Assembly: GCA_030704615.1 (NCBI GenBank)
Contig: CM060734.1
Span: 1,674,001 to 1,738,000 of the forward strand
Source of the DNA: Takakia lepidozioides
Lineage: Eukaryota > Plantae > Bryophyta
Reading direction: 5' to 3'
DNA: 64,000 bases
In this document: one piece after another, positions 1 to 12,785 of the stretch
Layout: each line of letters begins with the position of its first letter
Numbering within the stretch: the stretch's first letter is position 1
Made by a program: the position numbers and the translations under genes
Notes under the pieces: model-generated
What the model saw: the letters and a program-made list of their open reading frames with translations, nothing else
Told to the model about the DNA's origin: nothing
Database searches by the model: none

Positions 1-47
1 TGATGCTCTGGATGAGGTTGAATCCAAACAGCCAGAAGAACAAGATG

Positions 48-450
48 CCCCTAAGTGTACGGAACCTGAACGTCCTGTATCTGAAGGATTTGGTACTCTG
101 AATGGTTTACCAATCCTCAAGGTTTACACAAGACGAGCAAATTCTATACACGGGGTAATTGTCCCCAGCCGTCAGATGGACAATCTGTCCCTAAGTGTGC
201 AGAGCCTGAACGTCGTGTAACTGAAGGATTTGGTACTCTGAATGGTTTACCAATCCTCAAAGTCTACACAAGACGAGCAAAATCTATACACGGGGTAATT
301 GTCCCCAAGCAGTCAGACGGACAATCTGTCCCTAAGTGTGCGGAGCCTGTACGTCGTGTAACTGAAGGATTTGGTACCCTGAATGGTTTACCAATTCTCA
401 AAGTTTACACAAGACGAGCAAAATCTACACATGGGGTAACTGTCCCCCCT
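48..450 (+). repeat. Three tandem ~141-bp repeats (47 codons each), probably within LINE ORF1
   Basis: CTAAGTG recurs at 51, 191 and 332 (periods 140 and 141). The unit translates as PKCAEPERRVTEGFGTLNGLPILKVYTRRAKSIHGVIVPKQSDGQSV and lies just upstream of the APE domain. Confidence 0.85.
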
Positions 451-511
451 TTGCAGAACGGTTGGCCGTCCAGGAGCAATCACAAGCTACCTAGACGACA
501 AACAATTCATA

Positions 512-3500
512 TGCAAAGGGCTGGCTTGCGGTACTTTCAATTTCTCAGGGCTGACTAACCAAAGGAAACAACTCGAAGTGGCACAAGTTCTTCAGGCCAA
601 TAACATTCATATTTGTGCTGGTCAGGAGACTTGGGAAACTCCGGATAAATTGGTTGGAGATGTCAATGGGTATAAGTGGACGGGTAAGATGTGTACTCTC
701 AAGGCAGCCTCTGCCAAAAGCAGCCAAAAAGGGGTTGGATTCTTTGTCCGCGATTTCTTGTTTGATAATTGTGAAATTATCAACAAGGGTTTGAGGTATG
801 AGCATAGTATCTGGCTAAAACTGAATCTGAAGGGCGTGAATACGAAGGACTTCTTTGTGGGTTTTGTATACATGCCCACAGAGGGGACCCTTAGTGTTGA
901 CGCAGACAAAGCCTCCGAAGATGTAAAGCTGGACTGTGCTTCGTTCCTTGCCAAAGGTCAGGTGGTTCTATTGGGTGACTTCAATGCCCGGGTTGGGCAA
1001 AGGTCTCCATCAGGACGATATCATTGGGCCTTTTGGTGAGGACGAGCTGAATTCTAATGGCAGACGGTTAATTAACTGTCTGGAAGAGCTTCAGCTTTTG
1101 ACCTTGAATAACAGAACAAGAGGTGAACAAGTGCAGTGGACTCGTGAGAAATCCCAAACTGGGGAACGTTCCATTGTGGACTATATCATAATGGACAAAA
1201 CTTTGTTCCCCAGTGTGCCAATGTGTTGATCGACAGAACTGATATTGGTACCTCTGACCACTTCCTGGTTTGGACTGAGATCAAAAGGTGTTTTCCCAAC
1301 ACCAAGAGATCTGTGAAACGTTCGATTCGGAAGTGGCGCATAGAAAAATTCCATAATGAGGAGGTCAAGGCTGAGTATGTCCAGGCCTTGCAAGAGGCTC
1401 TTCCTCATTTTGTCCAATCGCTCCAAGAACTTCAGTCTCGCTCTGACAACACAAGAAATGAAGTCGAAAGAGCAGTGGCCTCTTGGGAGAGTTTCGTTTC
1501 CTCTGTGGCTGACAAGATCATTGGGAGGAAACTAATTGTCTGCGGTAGAGCTGTTAATTGGTGGACCAATGAGATTAAACTCAAGATAGCTGAGAGACGA
1601 GCCCTCTATAAAGAGAGCTGCAATTTGAAAACCAACAGAGAATTGTGGGCGAGGTACTACCAGCTCCGTAAAGATATCAATCAGCTTGTTAGGTCTCAGA
1701 AGAAATTATACTGGGACAAGTTATACAGTGAAATAAACTCAAACCACCATGGTGTAATGCCAAGAAATTCTGGTTGGCCCTTCCACGTTTGTACAAGCCG
1801 AAAAACGGTCAGCAAGTACAAGCGCTGAAGACTACTAAAGGTGCAGTGGTGACTTCATCGGTTGACATTGTCAAAACCTTTGAAACCCACTACAGTATCC
1901 TTGGCAGAACTTCTAGGTCTAACAGTGAGGGGTCTTCTGCTGAATGGAGGGACACAGTTGGTAAAACTGTTCCTATGATTCAAAACAGCCCTGATGAACT
2001 GGAGTATATTTCAATGGCTTATAACGCTCCCATTAGTTCTTCTGAGATTGTGGAAGCAATTGAACATTTAAATGGATATAAAGCTGGTGGACCTGATGGT
2101 ATTGTCAACGAGCTTATCAAGCACGGTGGCGATCCCATGATAGAGGCCCTAGTTCTCCTCTTTAACCTTATCTGGAAGACTGAAATGATCCCCTTTCGCT
2201 GGCGACAGGGGGTCATTGTCAATCTATACAAGAAGGGTGACAGAGAAGAACCAGGGAACTACCGTGGCATCATGCTCCTCAATGCTGTTGGCAAGACATT
2301 CTGCAGAGTTATAAGTACTCGTCTCGAGGTTGATCTGGAGTCTAGAGGTTGTTTCCACGAAGGCCAAGCTGGCTTTCGGCGAAACAGGGGCTGTGTGGAT
2401 CATATCTTCACTCTAAGCCAGATTATCCAGGGAAGGAAAAAAGAAGGGAAACCCACTTATGTTTTTTTCCTGGATGTCAAAAAGGCTTATGACAGTGTGG
2501 AGAGATGGCCTATGGTTCCGCCTCTGGTCTTGTGGGATCAAGGGAAAGATGTGGAGAGTTGTCCACAACTTGTATGCTCACACCAAAAGCTGTGTTGTTA
2601 ACGGACAGAAGTCCAACTTCTTTGACATAGACCAAGGTGTAGCTCAAGGATGTACTCTCTCCCCTCTGCTCTTCAATGTTTTCATCAATCAACTCCTCGA
2701 GGATGTGGAAAAGGGATTTGGGTTAAGGGTGGGTGATACCACCATACCAGCCCTTATGTTTGCGGATGACTTTGCAGGCATAGGGGAGACTCCAACCAAT
2801 CTCCAGGAGTTGATTGATTGCGCAAAGAGATACTTTGATCTTTGGGGGCTAGAGGCTAATGTCAGCAAATGTCTAGTGGTAGCATTCAACGACAGAGGAG
2901 AGGGAGGAAGTGATCTTAAGTGGCAGTGGGGTAGCCAAGAGATCCCGGTCCTCCCTTCCTACACTTACCTGGGCGTTGAGTTTTCCTCCAATTGTAATTG
3001 GGATGCACATATCCGGAAAGTTGTTCAAACTGGCAAAGGGCAAAGCTCTGGGGCTCACTAAATTTTTCCACTGCAGAGGGGTCAACTCTGAGGTTAAGAA
3101 AACCATGCTTTGTCGCGTTATTAGACCTGCCTTGGAGTACGGATCTGCAATATGGGTTGATAACTCCAACCAGGCTAAGTCTCTAGAATCCATTCAAGTG
3201 GGGGTGCTTAAGGAGTGTATGTCAGCATGCTCCAAACAGCCAATGTGGCTGTTCAGGGTGAGTTTGGCATTCCGTCCTTAAGCTCCCGACGAGATGAATT
3301 CAAGGTCAGATGGTGGGGTCAGCTGCAACATATGTCCAACACCAGATATCCTAAGTTAATCGACTCTATATCTTGGAAACAGGACCGCCCTGTCAAACAG
3401 GCTAAGTCCTGGCAGAAGAGAGTAGAAGAGATTCTCAAGGACCTGGACCTGGAACCGCAAGTCTTGACCCTGCTGGATAAATCTGACTTAGAGGCTGTAG

Positions 3501-4100
3501 TGTCCTCAGCCATGTCTGTTGCCATGAGATTGTCTGATGAAAATGAAGTTAGGCAGAAAACTTCCCTGAACTTGTTTCCAGTCAGTGACATGGGGGAGGA
3601 CATCTTGGATGACCTCAAGGGTCTACCCACTCTCGGCACTAGACTGAAATTTAAACTCAGGGCAGGAAGCCTACCTTTGAACAGCAAACAGAAGCAGAGA
3701 GGAAAGGGAGAGTGCAATTGCCCGTTGTGTGGGCAATCTGAAGACAGTATTCATTTTCTGATACACTATCCGGGGTTCTCTCACCAAAGAGACGCTCTCT
3801 TCAAATCTATCAAGGGAATTGTGCCTGTACCTCTGTTTACCAACTTTGAAAGTCTCGAGGCTGAGCCAAAAGCCCAGGCCCTCCTGAGGCCTAGTTTTTG
3901 GGCAAATCACACACAGCAGATTGATGCTTGTGTGAAGGGATTTCTAGAGGATATCTGGAAAACCCGGATTAATTCTATATATGAAGGTAAGTCTTACTAC
4001 CAACGTCAACCCCTGACAGAGGTAGGTTCTGTCCCTTTTGTTTCCGCTCAAACTGGGCGCGGGTCAATGGCCACAAGGCTACGGCAAACAACGTCTTATG
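512..4100 (+). pseudogene. Frameshifted LINE ORF2 (AP endonuclease, reverse transcriptase, degenerate CCHC)
   Basis: APE motifs GTFNFSGL, AGQETW, LLGDFNARVG, SIVDYI, SDHFLV. RT motifs KAGGPDGI, PGNYRGIMLL, QAGFR, FLDVKKAYD, GVAQGCTLSPLLF, MFADD, YLGVEF. C-terminal CPLCGQSEDSIHFLIHY. Split over about 6 ORFs. Confidence 0.92.
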
Positions 4101-4496
4101 AGTACAATCTCTCTCTCTCTCTCTACGGCAAACAACATCCTATGAGTACAGTCTCTTCTTTGGCCACAAGGCTATGGCGAACATCTTATGTGTACACTCT
4201 TTTGTCTCTCTTTGTTCTTTGGCTGCTGTGGTTCTGCTGTGCTCCCTCCACTTGTGTCCCTAGGGGCCATTGGTCTTCCTGTGGGCACTAAATTTCCTTC
4301 CGTCGTCTTTCTTTTGTCCTTTCTTCCTTTCTATGTCAGAGAGTACGTGATACTTTTTCTCTTTATGAATGTTTAGGCAGGAACTTACCAAGCCCATCAG
4401 AGCTCTAGTATTTGGAAGTATAGGCTTCTAGACTTGCTTCTTGAACTTCCATTGATACTTTCCGGGTTTCAGTAGGTTGTCTATTTCTATTCCATT

Positions 4497-5024
4497 TGTT
4501 GAATAGAGTAATTCAGCTCAGAAGTGGTTAGTTGCTTTAGTTAGCAATTAACAAGGCTGGTTAGGAGTTTTGTTAGCAGTAAAACAAGGAAGGTTTTTGA
4601 CCACCGAGAGATGCCTTCTCGGTGATATATGTGTGTGTGTGACAATTTAGGTCTGCACGTAATGAAGTGTTCGTTTGTCTTCATTCTATGTTCCTGTGTC
4701 CTGGTCTGAGAGAGGTCTAAGCAAAGAGAGACTGAGCTTAGAGAGGAGAGGAACCTTGAAGGTTCAGCTTCATACTATAGGGTCCATTAAGTGTTGCTTA
4801 CTATTGCAGGTGGCTTGCAGTCCATAGCATAGAGTAAGAACAAAGGGGATCAAGGTTTGAAGGGAGCCTAGAACAAGTTCTGTTTGTTTGCAGGGTCAAT
4901 TAGGCTTTGTTTCCAAGCTAGCGGTTTTCAGACCCTACAGTAGACAGTCCTCTTCTCAAAGGTCTAGGGACCAGTCAGGCAAGATGAGTGGAGATAGTGA
5001 AGCCACTAGTTCTACTTCTCAACA
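4497..5024 (+). repeat. Copia 5' LTR (528 bp)
   Basis: TGTTGAATAG...TTCTCAACA; near-identical to 8267-8905 apart from a ~111-bp gap. Confidence 0.95.
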
Positions 5025-5035
5025 AGGCATCAGAG

Positions 5036-8000
5036 CATGGTCTGGAGGAGATGGTCTGGTCTCAATGGAAAGGTTGAAGGGGGACAACTACAGTACTTGG
5101 GCCTATAGTTGCATGACTTGCTAAGGGCCAGGAACCTATGGACTGTGGTGTCAGACAGACCCACATCTGAAGATCGGAGAGATGCAATATGGAGACAGAG
5201 AAATGATCAAGCACTGGCAACAATTGTAGTTTCAGTGTCACCAGAACTGATTGGCTCCATCAAAAGCCTGGATACAGCCTATGAGGTTTGGGGGAAGCTG
5301 AAAACACTTCACCAAGAGAATGTCAAGAACGACATCAAGGTACAATGGGAGAACCTATGGACACAAAAGATGCAGAACTCTGAGAAGGTGGCTGCTCATA
5401 TCGCCCGATTTGCTAGTATCATTGAGGATCTCAAATCTGAGGGGACGACGATTTCTTCTTCCTTGATGGTCACTACTCTTTTGAGGTCTCTCCCTCTAAG
5501 TTTCGGGAGGTGGTAGTTGGACTGCAACTTTTCCCAGACTTGACTTGGCAACAAGCCACAGAAAGGCTAATTCAATTTGAGCAAAGGTATGGTGGATCCA
5601 AGGGAAATCACTCTAGCATTGAGGATGCCCTAGTGGTGAAAGTCAAGAAGAAGAAGTGGGAGAAGCGCAAGTTTGTGGAGATGAAACCCACCTTGCAAGG
5701 ACCTGTCCCGAGAGAGAGAAGGTTGTTGAAGAGAAGTCTGAAAGGAAGCCCAGCCTGCAGCAAAAAGGGACCAAGAGGCATGTTGCCAAGGTAAAATCTA
5801 GAACATACCTTGCAGAAGACGCAGAAGAGGATTGTGATCTTGCACATGAAGATCACTGTGACTTTGCTTTAATTGCCTCCGTGGAGACTGGTACTGCAGG
5901 AGAATGGTACCTAGACTCAGGTGCTGGTGTGCATATTTGCAACAGAAAGGAGTGGTTGCGGAATGTAAAGGTCATTGCACCTAGATAGGTTAGGATGGGG
6001 AAAAAGTATGACGCCTCTCGAAGGGAGCGTAACTTATGGTGTCACTTCACCACAAGGGCTACTGCCTTCCATCTGAAAGGTAGACACCTTCATGACACAC
6101 CAGACCGTGGTTTGAACCCACAACCACATCCAACGTGGTATGTGCCCATTACCACTGGGCTACATGCTGGTTGTCTTAGGATGGGGAATATGACGACCTT
6201 GAGCTGCACCATCATGGGAGATGTTATTCTCACTTTTCAAACAGGTGCAGGAAGGACAACTAGATGTGTAGTTCAAGATGTTCTTTACCATCCAAACTTC
6301 AGAAGGAATCTCATTTCAGTCGGGAGGTTGATGAAGAAGGGATTTGATGTCTTGTATCAAGGAAACATTTGCAAAGTGGTCAAGGATGACCAAGAGGTTT
6401 GCAGGGCATCAATCAATTCAGGTTTGTTCAAGGTGCGGACAAACAAGCTACCTTGCGAAGACGTCAATGTGACAGAGGAATCAGTAGACATATGGCATAG
6501 GAGGCTGGGCCATTTGTCTGTGGGGAATGTTAGACATCTTCAGCACATGGTTGATGGCCTACACATGAGCTCGAAGACAGAGGGAAGTTTATGCGTTGCA
6601 TGTGCAGAAGGGAAGACTCATAAGAAGGCTGCTCCAAAATTGTCAAGTTCTAAAACTGATGAGGTTCTAGAACTCATTCACTCAGATGTATGTGGGCCCA
6701 TGCCGGTAACATCAATCGGTGGGGCCTCGTACTTTGTATCCTTCATAGACGACAAAACTAAAAAGAGTTTTGTGTACATCATACCACAGAAGTCTGATGT
6801 TCTTGAAAAATTCAAGGCATTCTTGAATGAAGTAGAAAACCAGACTGGTAGAAGGATCAAGCGACTTAGGAGTGATGGAGGAGGCGAGTACAGGAGTAGA
6901 GAGTTTCAGGAGTTTCTCTCTGAGAAAGGCATCAAGGCTGAATATACGGCAAGGGACAGCCCCCACCAAAATGGAGTGGCCGAAAGATTCAACAGGACTC
7001 TTCAGGAGAAGGCTTTATGCATGATAAGGCATGCTTGTCTTGGGAAGGAGTTCTGGGCAGAGGCCATAAACACAGCAAATTATCTCAGGAATGTGAGTCC
7101 CACCGCATCGCTGAAAGATATGACTCCAGAAGAGGCTTGGACAGGTAAGAAACCAGACCTGTCAAGACTGAAAGTATTTGGTTGCATGGCCTATGCATTG
7201 ATTCCAAAGGAGCAGAGGAGAAAGCTTGATGTGAAGACTCAAGCATACATCTTCTTAGGCTATGAGGAAGGTTTGAAGGGATACAAGCTGTACAATCCTA
7301 GTACAAGAAGGGTGAGCAAAAGCAAGGACGTCATCTTTGATGAGAAAAGCTTCTGGAAAACCCTAGAAGAAACAGGGGAGAGAGTTAATATCCCTAGCCA
7401 CCAAGTGGTGGACGTGCCTACAAGGTCTGAACCAAGGGAATCTCAGGAAAAAGAAACAGGAGATGAAGTTAGACCCTCTCCCGAGTTGAAGGTTTACACT
7501 CGAAGAGAAAAAAGAGCAGAACCTACGGAGCTTGCACCTGAAACCATCATCAAAGAGGATGTTCAAAGGAGATCAGTAGGGAAAAGACAAACCACGGCGC
7601 TTGGGCTATGAAGAAGACTCTGTAGTGGAAGAGATGGCTGACCCAAGTGATCAGGAATCTCCAGGAGACCTTGAACGATTGGTAGCAACCCTGGATTACC
7701 TCATTGGAAAGCTACAAAGAGGGTGCTAAGATATCTCCAGGGCACCATAGACTCATGTTTGATTTATCAGAAGCAAGCATTCCTAACACCAATGAAGGGG
7801 TATACAGATGCAGATTGGGCAGGAGAGCTGGACGAACGTAAATCCACTTCTGGATACTATTTTCTACTGGCTGGAGGTGTCATTAGTTGGAGAAGTAGAA
7901 AACAGAGAACCATTGCCCTGTCCTCTACAGAAGCGGAGTATGTAGCTCTGTCAGAGGCCACGCAGGAGGCAATATGGTTGAGGTGTCGTTTCAGGCAACC

Positions 8001-8250
8001 TAAACCTACAAGGATTCTATGCGATAACATTGGCTCAATGTTTCTAGCAAAGAATCCTGAAATACACGACAGAAGCAAACATATTGACATCAGATATCAT
8101 TTTATCCGAAACCACCTTGGAGAGACAATCCAAGTGGAATTTTGCAGGACCGAGGAGATGGTTGCTGATGTTCTCACGAAGCCTGTTCCTAAAGGGAAGC
8201 ACCAATGGTGCACATGGGAGATGGGGATTAGGCAGATGGGAACTATCTGA
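5036..8250 (+). pseudogene. Copia gag-pol remnant
   Basis: gag (LKGDNYSTW, NDQALATI), protease WYLDSGAGVHIC, pre-integrase WHRRLGH, integrase HSDVCGP / RSDGGGEY / QNGVAER, RNase H GYTDADWAG / STEAEY / RSKHIDIRYHF. Near 7683 it jumps directly to the RT C-terminus (SNPGLPHWKATKRVLRYL). Confidence 0.93.
6003..6175 (-). mobile_element. tRNA-derived SINE inserted in the Copia
   Basis: 13-bp TSD TTAGGATGGGGAA at 5990-6002 and 6176-6188. The minus strand has A-box TAGCCCAGTGG, B-box GGTTCAAACC and a T-run at the 3' end. Confidence 0.88.
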
Positions 8251-8266
8251 GCATTCATTAAGTGGG

Positions 8267-8905
8267 TGTTGAATAGAGTAATTCAGCTCAGAAGTGGTTA
8301 GTTGCTTTAGTTAGCAATTAACAAGGCTGGTTAGGAGTTTTGTTAGCAGTAAAACAAGGAAGGTTTTTGACTTAGTCCTTAGACTATTTGATAGGCTAAC
8401 AATACATCATTGAACCAAGAGTTCAGTGACAGATCACTGAAGTTCAGCCTGAGGCCCTGAACCGACAGGCTGAACCGACATACCACCGAGAGATGCCTTC
8501 TCGGTGATATATGTGTGTGTGTGACAATTTAGGTCTGCACGTAATGAAGTGTTCGTTTGTCTTCATTCTATGTTCCTGTGTCTTGTTCTGAGAGAGATCT
8601 TAGCCAAGAGAGACTGAGCTTAGAGAGGAGAGGAACCTTGAAGGTTCAGTTCATACTATAGGGTCCATTAAGTGTTGCTTACTATTGCAGGTGGCTTGCA
8701 GTCCATAGCATGGAGTAAGAATAAATGGGATCAAGGTTTGAAGGGAGCCTAGAACAAGTTCTGTTTGTTTGCAGGGTCAATTAGGCTTTGTTTCCAAGCT
8801 AGCAGTTTTCAGACCCTACAGTAGACAGTCCTCTTCTCAAAGGTCTAGGGACCAGTCAGGCAAGATGAGTGGAGATAGTGAAGCCACTAGTTCTACTTCT
8901 CAACA
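8267..8905 (+). repeat. Copia 3' LTR (639 bp)
   Basis: TGTTGAATAG...TTCTCAACA followed by TSD CCATT. Confidence 0.95.
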
Positions 8906-9286
8906 CCATTTACTACTCCATCCAACCCGGGTGAAGGGTTTGATGGCCGCAAAAGTACCATCAGCAACATCTAATGAATCTGTCTCTGTGGTTTCACTAG
9001 TTCTGTGGTGTTGTATTTCTGTCCCTTGGCCCCTTTGAGCTTCTGCAAACGGATAAACGTTTCTCTCTCCCTGTGTACCATGGGACCTTAGGATCCGATC
9101 TGACATGATAAACTCTTTCTATCTTCTCTCTCTTTCCCTCTTCTTTGCATGTGTGTTCCTTTCTATGATGACCTTTGAATTTTTCTGAAGCATACATTAC
9201 ACATCCCAACAAACAGCACTGAAAACCATTGATTCCATGTTGCATATGACTCCTTAGTTTAACAAAAAACAAAGGAGCAAACGCAC

Positions 9287-11085
9287 CATCAGGATCAGCC
9301 ATTCTGGCCATCTGCAGAGCATCTGAGTTGGCCAAATCAGCATTTGCAGGAGAAACTGCCAGGATAATACAAGTCTCATGCTTTATGTATGACAGAATCA
9401 TGTTGCGCACACGCGCTTCTATGTCAGAGGGCTGATCACCAACGGGCACCTTTGTGATGCCAGGCAAGTCCACCAGCGTTATGTTCAACACATTTGGAGA
9501 GAATATTTTCAGCCGGATTTGCTTCTCTGAAATCCCTTTGTTTGTTCCCAGTTCCCGTTCTGTCTCCAACTGCAGCCAAGAAAGCAGAACCCTTTAGGCT
9601 CCATCCCTACAGTTTCAGATGGGTGGAAATCGGGGATTTCTGATTACCTTCAAGTTCAGCTAGCTATTATGACGACACTTATACCTTGGGTCAAATGATT
9701 GCATCTGCATTTTGCTGCAAGATATGACCTTGGCTATAAAGAATTCCACTCATTGAATGTGGAGAATGTATTGTGATCTATTTTACCTTATGCATACAAG
9801 TAGATCACCACTAATTCTTGCAATCTCCATAGAACTGTGCCACATTTACTGTTAAGGTCAGTGGCTGTAATGGGATACAGGAAATAAGAATCTTAAGGAA
9901 ACTCTCTGATGAAGAACGTGAAATCTTGAAGCTAAGAGACATCATCAGCTAAGTCTACCTGAATCTCTTTGCGAATTGCTGAGAAGTCCGTGAAGCGCCG
10001 GCCAGGAATGTGCAAAAATTCGCCCCATTCAATCAACTCAGTGCACTCTTTGGGCCTCCGTACAGTTTGGACCAGTTGCAAAACAAGAGGGCGTCGTGTG
10101 CAAATATCTGAACCTCTGGGCAAGAAGTCACGGCCCACCATTGCCTCCAACACACTTGATTTGCCACTGCTTTGGCTTCCCACCACTGCAACCTGCATGC
10201 AATATTCGTTCATATTTGTGAACCTGAAGTCAGCAAGCAGACATAAAGAAATCCACTTTCCACTACTGCTGGCACAAGAATCTCCCAAGGATACAAAGCA
10301 GACAGTCTGATTGCCACCCTCCTCATTGCCACCCTCTTGATTGACATCAAGAGGGTGGCAATCATACATCAAAGCAGGCAGTATGATTGCCACCCTCTGG
10401 ATTTTGCAACTGATAGGCTCCAGCCAATAGCGCCCCCCAAACCATGAACAGCAACAATGTAAAGCAGAACTATTCGAAATCTTTTGCCTACATGGAAGTT
10501 CAGGCTTAACTAGCCTGACAACAGGCCTTCACATAAGAGTCCCTAATAGCTTCTGAGCGTGACTTTCAATAAGGCCCTCCATATGGTATCAATACAGTCA
10601 ATGAGAGGCCTACAGAAACGTTCCCTGGCAGGCTGCCTCTCCCTATGGTAGCTAGAATTTGGGAAGAGTTATCTCATGCATTTGTTTTTTTATTGAATCC
10701 TGAAAAGTATCTTCAACGTCAATTCCCCTTAAACTATCAGCTATAGTGGAAATTCTACATGCGAATGCCACAAGGAATGACTTTCCCACTTGATCTGGAG
10801 CACTTGTATGATGGAGGGCAGGCACTCAGTGGACACCTAATGACCACAAGGATTAATTTTCTGCACAAGCTATAGCAATTGTCTAGTATCAACAGGAACA
10901 GAACCCACCTGAGGTAACTCTATCGTCGAAGCGCTGCCGAGCTGTGAAAAAATGTCCTGGAGTTTGTTAACTAAAGGGATGACTGACTGGCCCAGAAATG
11001 CAGAGGGAGCTGCTGGCGATGGAGCTCCGCCTGATGGAGATCCAGGCATTGGTGATGCCGGAGGGGTTGGTGGAGGCTGCGACAT
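9287..11085 (-). CDS. DRP3: Dynamin-related protein 3 (organelle fission GTPase), exons 1-3: 11085-10909, 10192-9959, 9569-9287; remainder not in window
   Basis: [12 protein letters not shown]; G1 GSQSSGKSS; [13 protein letters not shown]; G3 DLPG; [11 protein letters not shown]. All junctions are GT-AG and in frame. Confidence 0.92.
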
Positions 11086-12785
11086 GGTGAATTTCGCCCG
11101 TCTGAATGATGAATTGCAAACCCTAAGTTTCACCAGGATACAAAAGGGAACCACTTTCCACTGATCTCCGGTGGAAAGTATTCCAAGAATTTGTTCACTG
11201 GCACAGTTTCTCGCCAGCCTAACTAGCGTAAGCGATTCTCTCGTCGGCCTGCACAAGCCCTCACCACCCAAATAGGAGCTCGATCTTGAAATGCTAGAAA
11301 CGGAGAGGGAGAGACGATACACAACATGAGCTCCAATTCAGTCCCTCTCTTGGTATCATGAAGTCCATAGCGTCACCGATCAATCCTTTCAAGTCGTAAT
11401 CAGCACTGACACCTCTACGCTCTGCCCGCAATCATCATCGCCACCATCACAGAGACACTGCAGCAATCAAATTTTCAGCAACGCAGCACACCAAAGAATC
11501 AGAAAGGATTGGACAGACAAAAATTGCACGATCTTTTCCACGAAATCTAGAAACAAAATGGCAGATTCCAGGGTTTCAAGAAGGCGCGGAGATGTGGCTG
11601 GCGGAGAAGGTGTTCAAACGTGGGAACGTGGGAACGAGGGAACTCGTGCGCAAAGTCCCCATATTCCGAAGCCAGTAAGGTCCTGGTTCGGTACGTGAGC
11701 CGTCATTGCCGATCACACATTCCAAACCTATCTGGCCTCCCCGAAGCAGCCCCCGAGCCGTCGCGAACGTGGGAACACGGAACAGCAAGATGCTTGCGCT
11801 TGAACCCTTGTCTCGCACAGAAACGTCCACGCACCTCACTGCGCTTTCCGATTTAGCAAGCTTGTGAGGCAAACACACCCACCCCATCTCCATGAGAGTT
11901 CTTTTTTAGAATGCGAGCTCAGTTAAGGTTCTAGAAGCTCTAAAGACATGATCTTACCTATTGATGACCGTCATACCGCATGGGAGCTTCCAGTATGGAG
12001 TAAGTTTCTCAACTCCCGCTAGGCATTGATTTTGGTTTTCCTTTCTATCACTGTGTGCGGGCTTATCACTAACATGTCTTTATAGGTCGATTCTTATGAG
12101 GTCGTGCCTCAGTTCTCACAATGAATTGCAGCTTGACGCCAACTCGTCCGTAATGAGATGGCTTAGAGCTTCTCCAGCTGTATCCGCGTCACACAACATA
12201 TGCATCACGGAGTAGAAGCTTCGCATACGGGTGTCACGATTGGAAGCATACAACTTACAGCCCCTTGTCAGGGCGTTCAGAACGATGGCTCTATACAACG
12301 TAAGCCACAGGAGGGCTTCCACCTCCCAAGCAAGGAAGCATGCCTGCCTTTGAAACATAAGTATCCTGTGAAAAGCCTGTGGACTGTACACAAAGTATTT
12401 TGCTGCAGATGGATTTGAGTCTGTTGATTGAGCCTGAGCTTGCAGGCAAGACCTTGTAAAATCTTGCTCCAACAACAATGCAACCTCCACCAAGTACCAC
12501 GCAGTAGCCACTGCAGAAACTATTCTGAATTCTAGTCGCAAACACCCATAAGACTTGTCCAGCATCACAGTTTCTAATCTACACATACATGAATTGTCAG
12601 GAACTGTGTCAGATTCCTTGTGGGATCTTCTTTATTGGCCACTGTTACAGAGAATGAATGAATGGATGTATATTGTACAACATGCCAGCCAGAGGAATGT
12701 CCCCTGGAAGTAGGCCTCTGTTATATAAAAGGAAGGGTGTAAAACCACCCTGATCAGAATTCCTAACTTGTAGACATCTTGAGCA

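Larger units (their letters stand above)
1..4210 (+). mobile_element. Non-LTR retrotransposon (LINE), RTEX/CR1-group-like; 5' end outside the window
   Basis: APE + RT + C-terminal zinc-finger ORF2, followed by a 3' tail of short tandem units (4068-4210). Confidence 0.85.
4497..8905 (+). mobile_element. Ty1/Copia LTR retrotransposon, non-autonomous (RT core deleted)
   Basis: TG...CA LTRs at 4497-5024 and 8267-8905. 5-bp TSD CCATT at 4492-4496 and 8906-8910. Degenerate tRNA-iMet PBS (GGCATCAGAGC) after the 5' LTR. Domain order gag-PR-IN-(RT)-RH. Confidence 0.96.

Noticed and set aside
12116-12586. 156-aa ORF downstream of the PUB gene
   Set aside because: No motifs; it lies in the probable 3' UTR or intergenic region.
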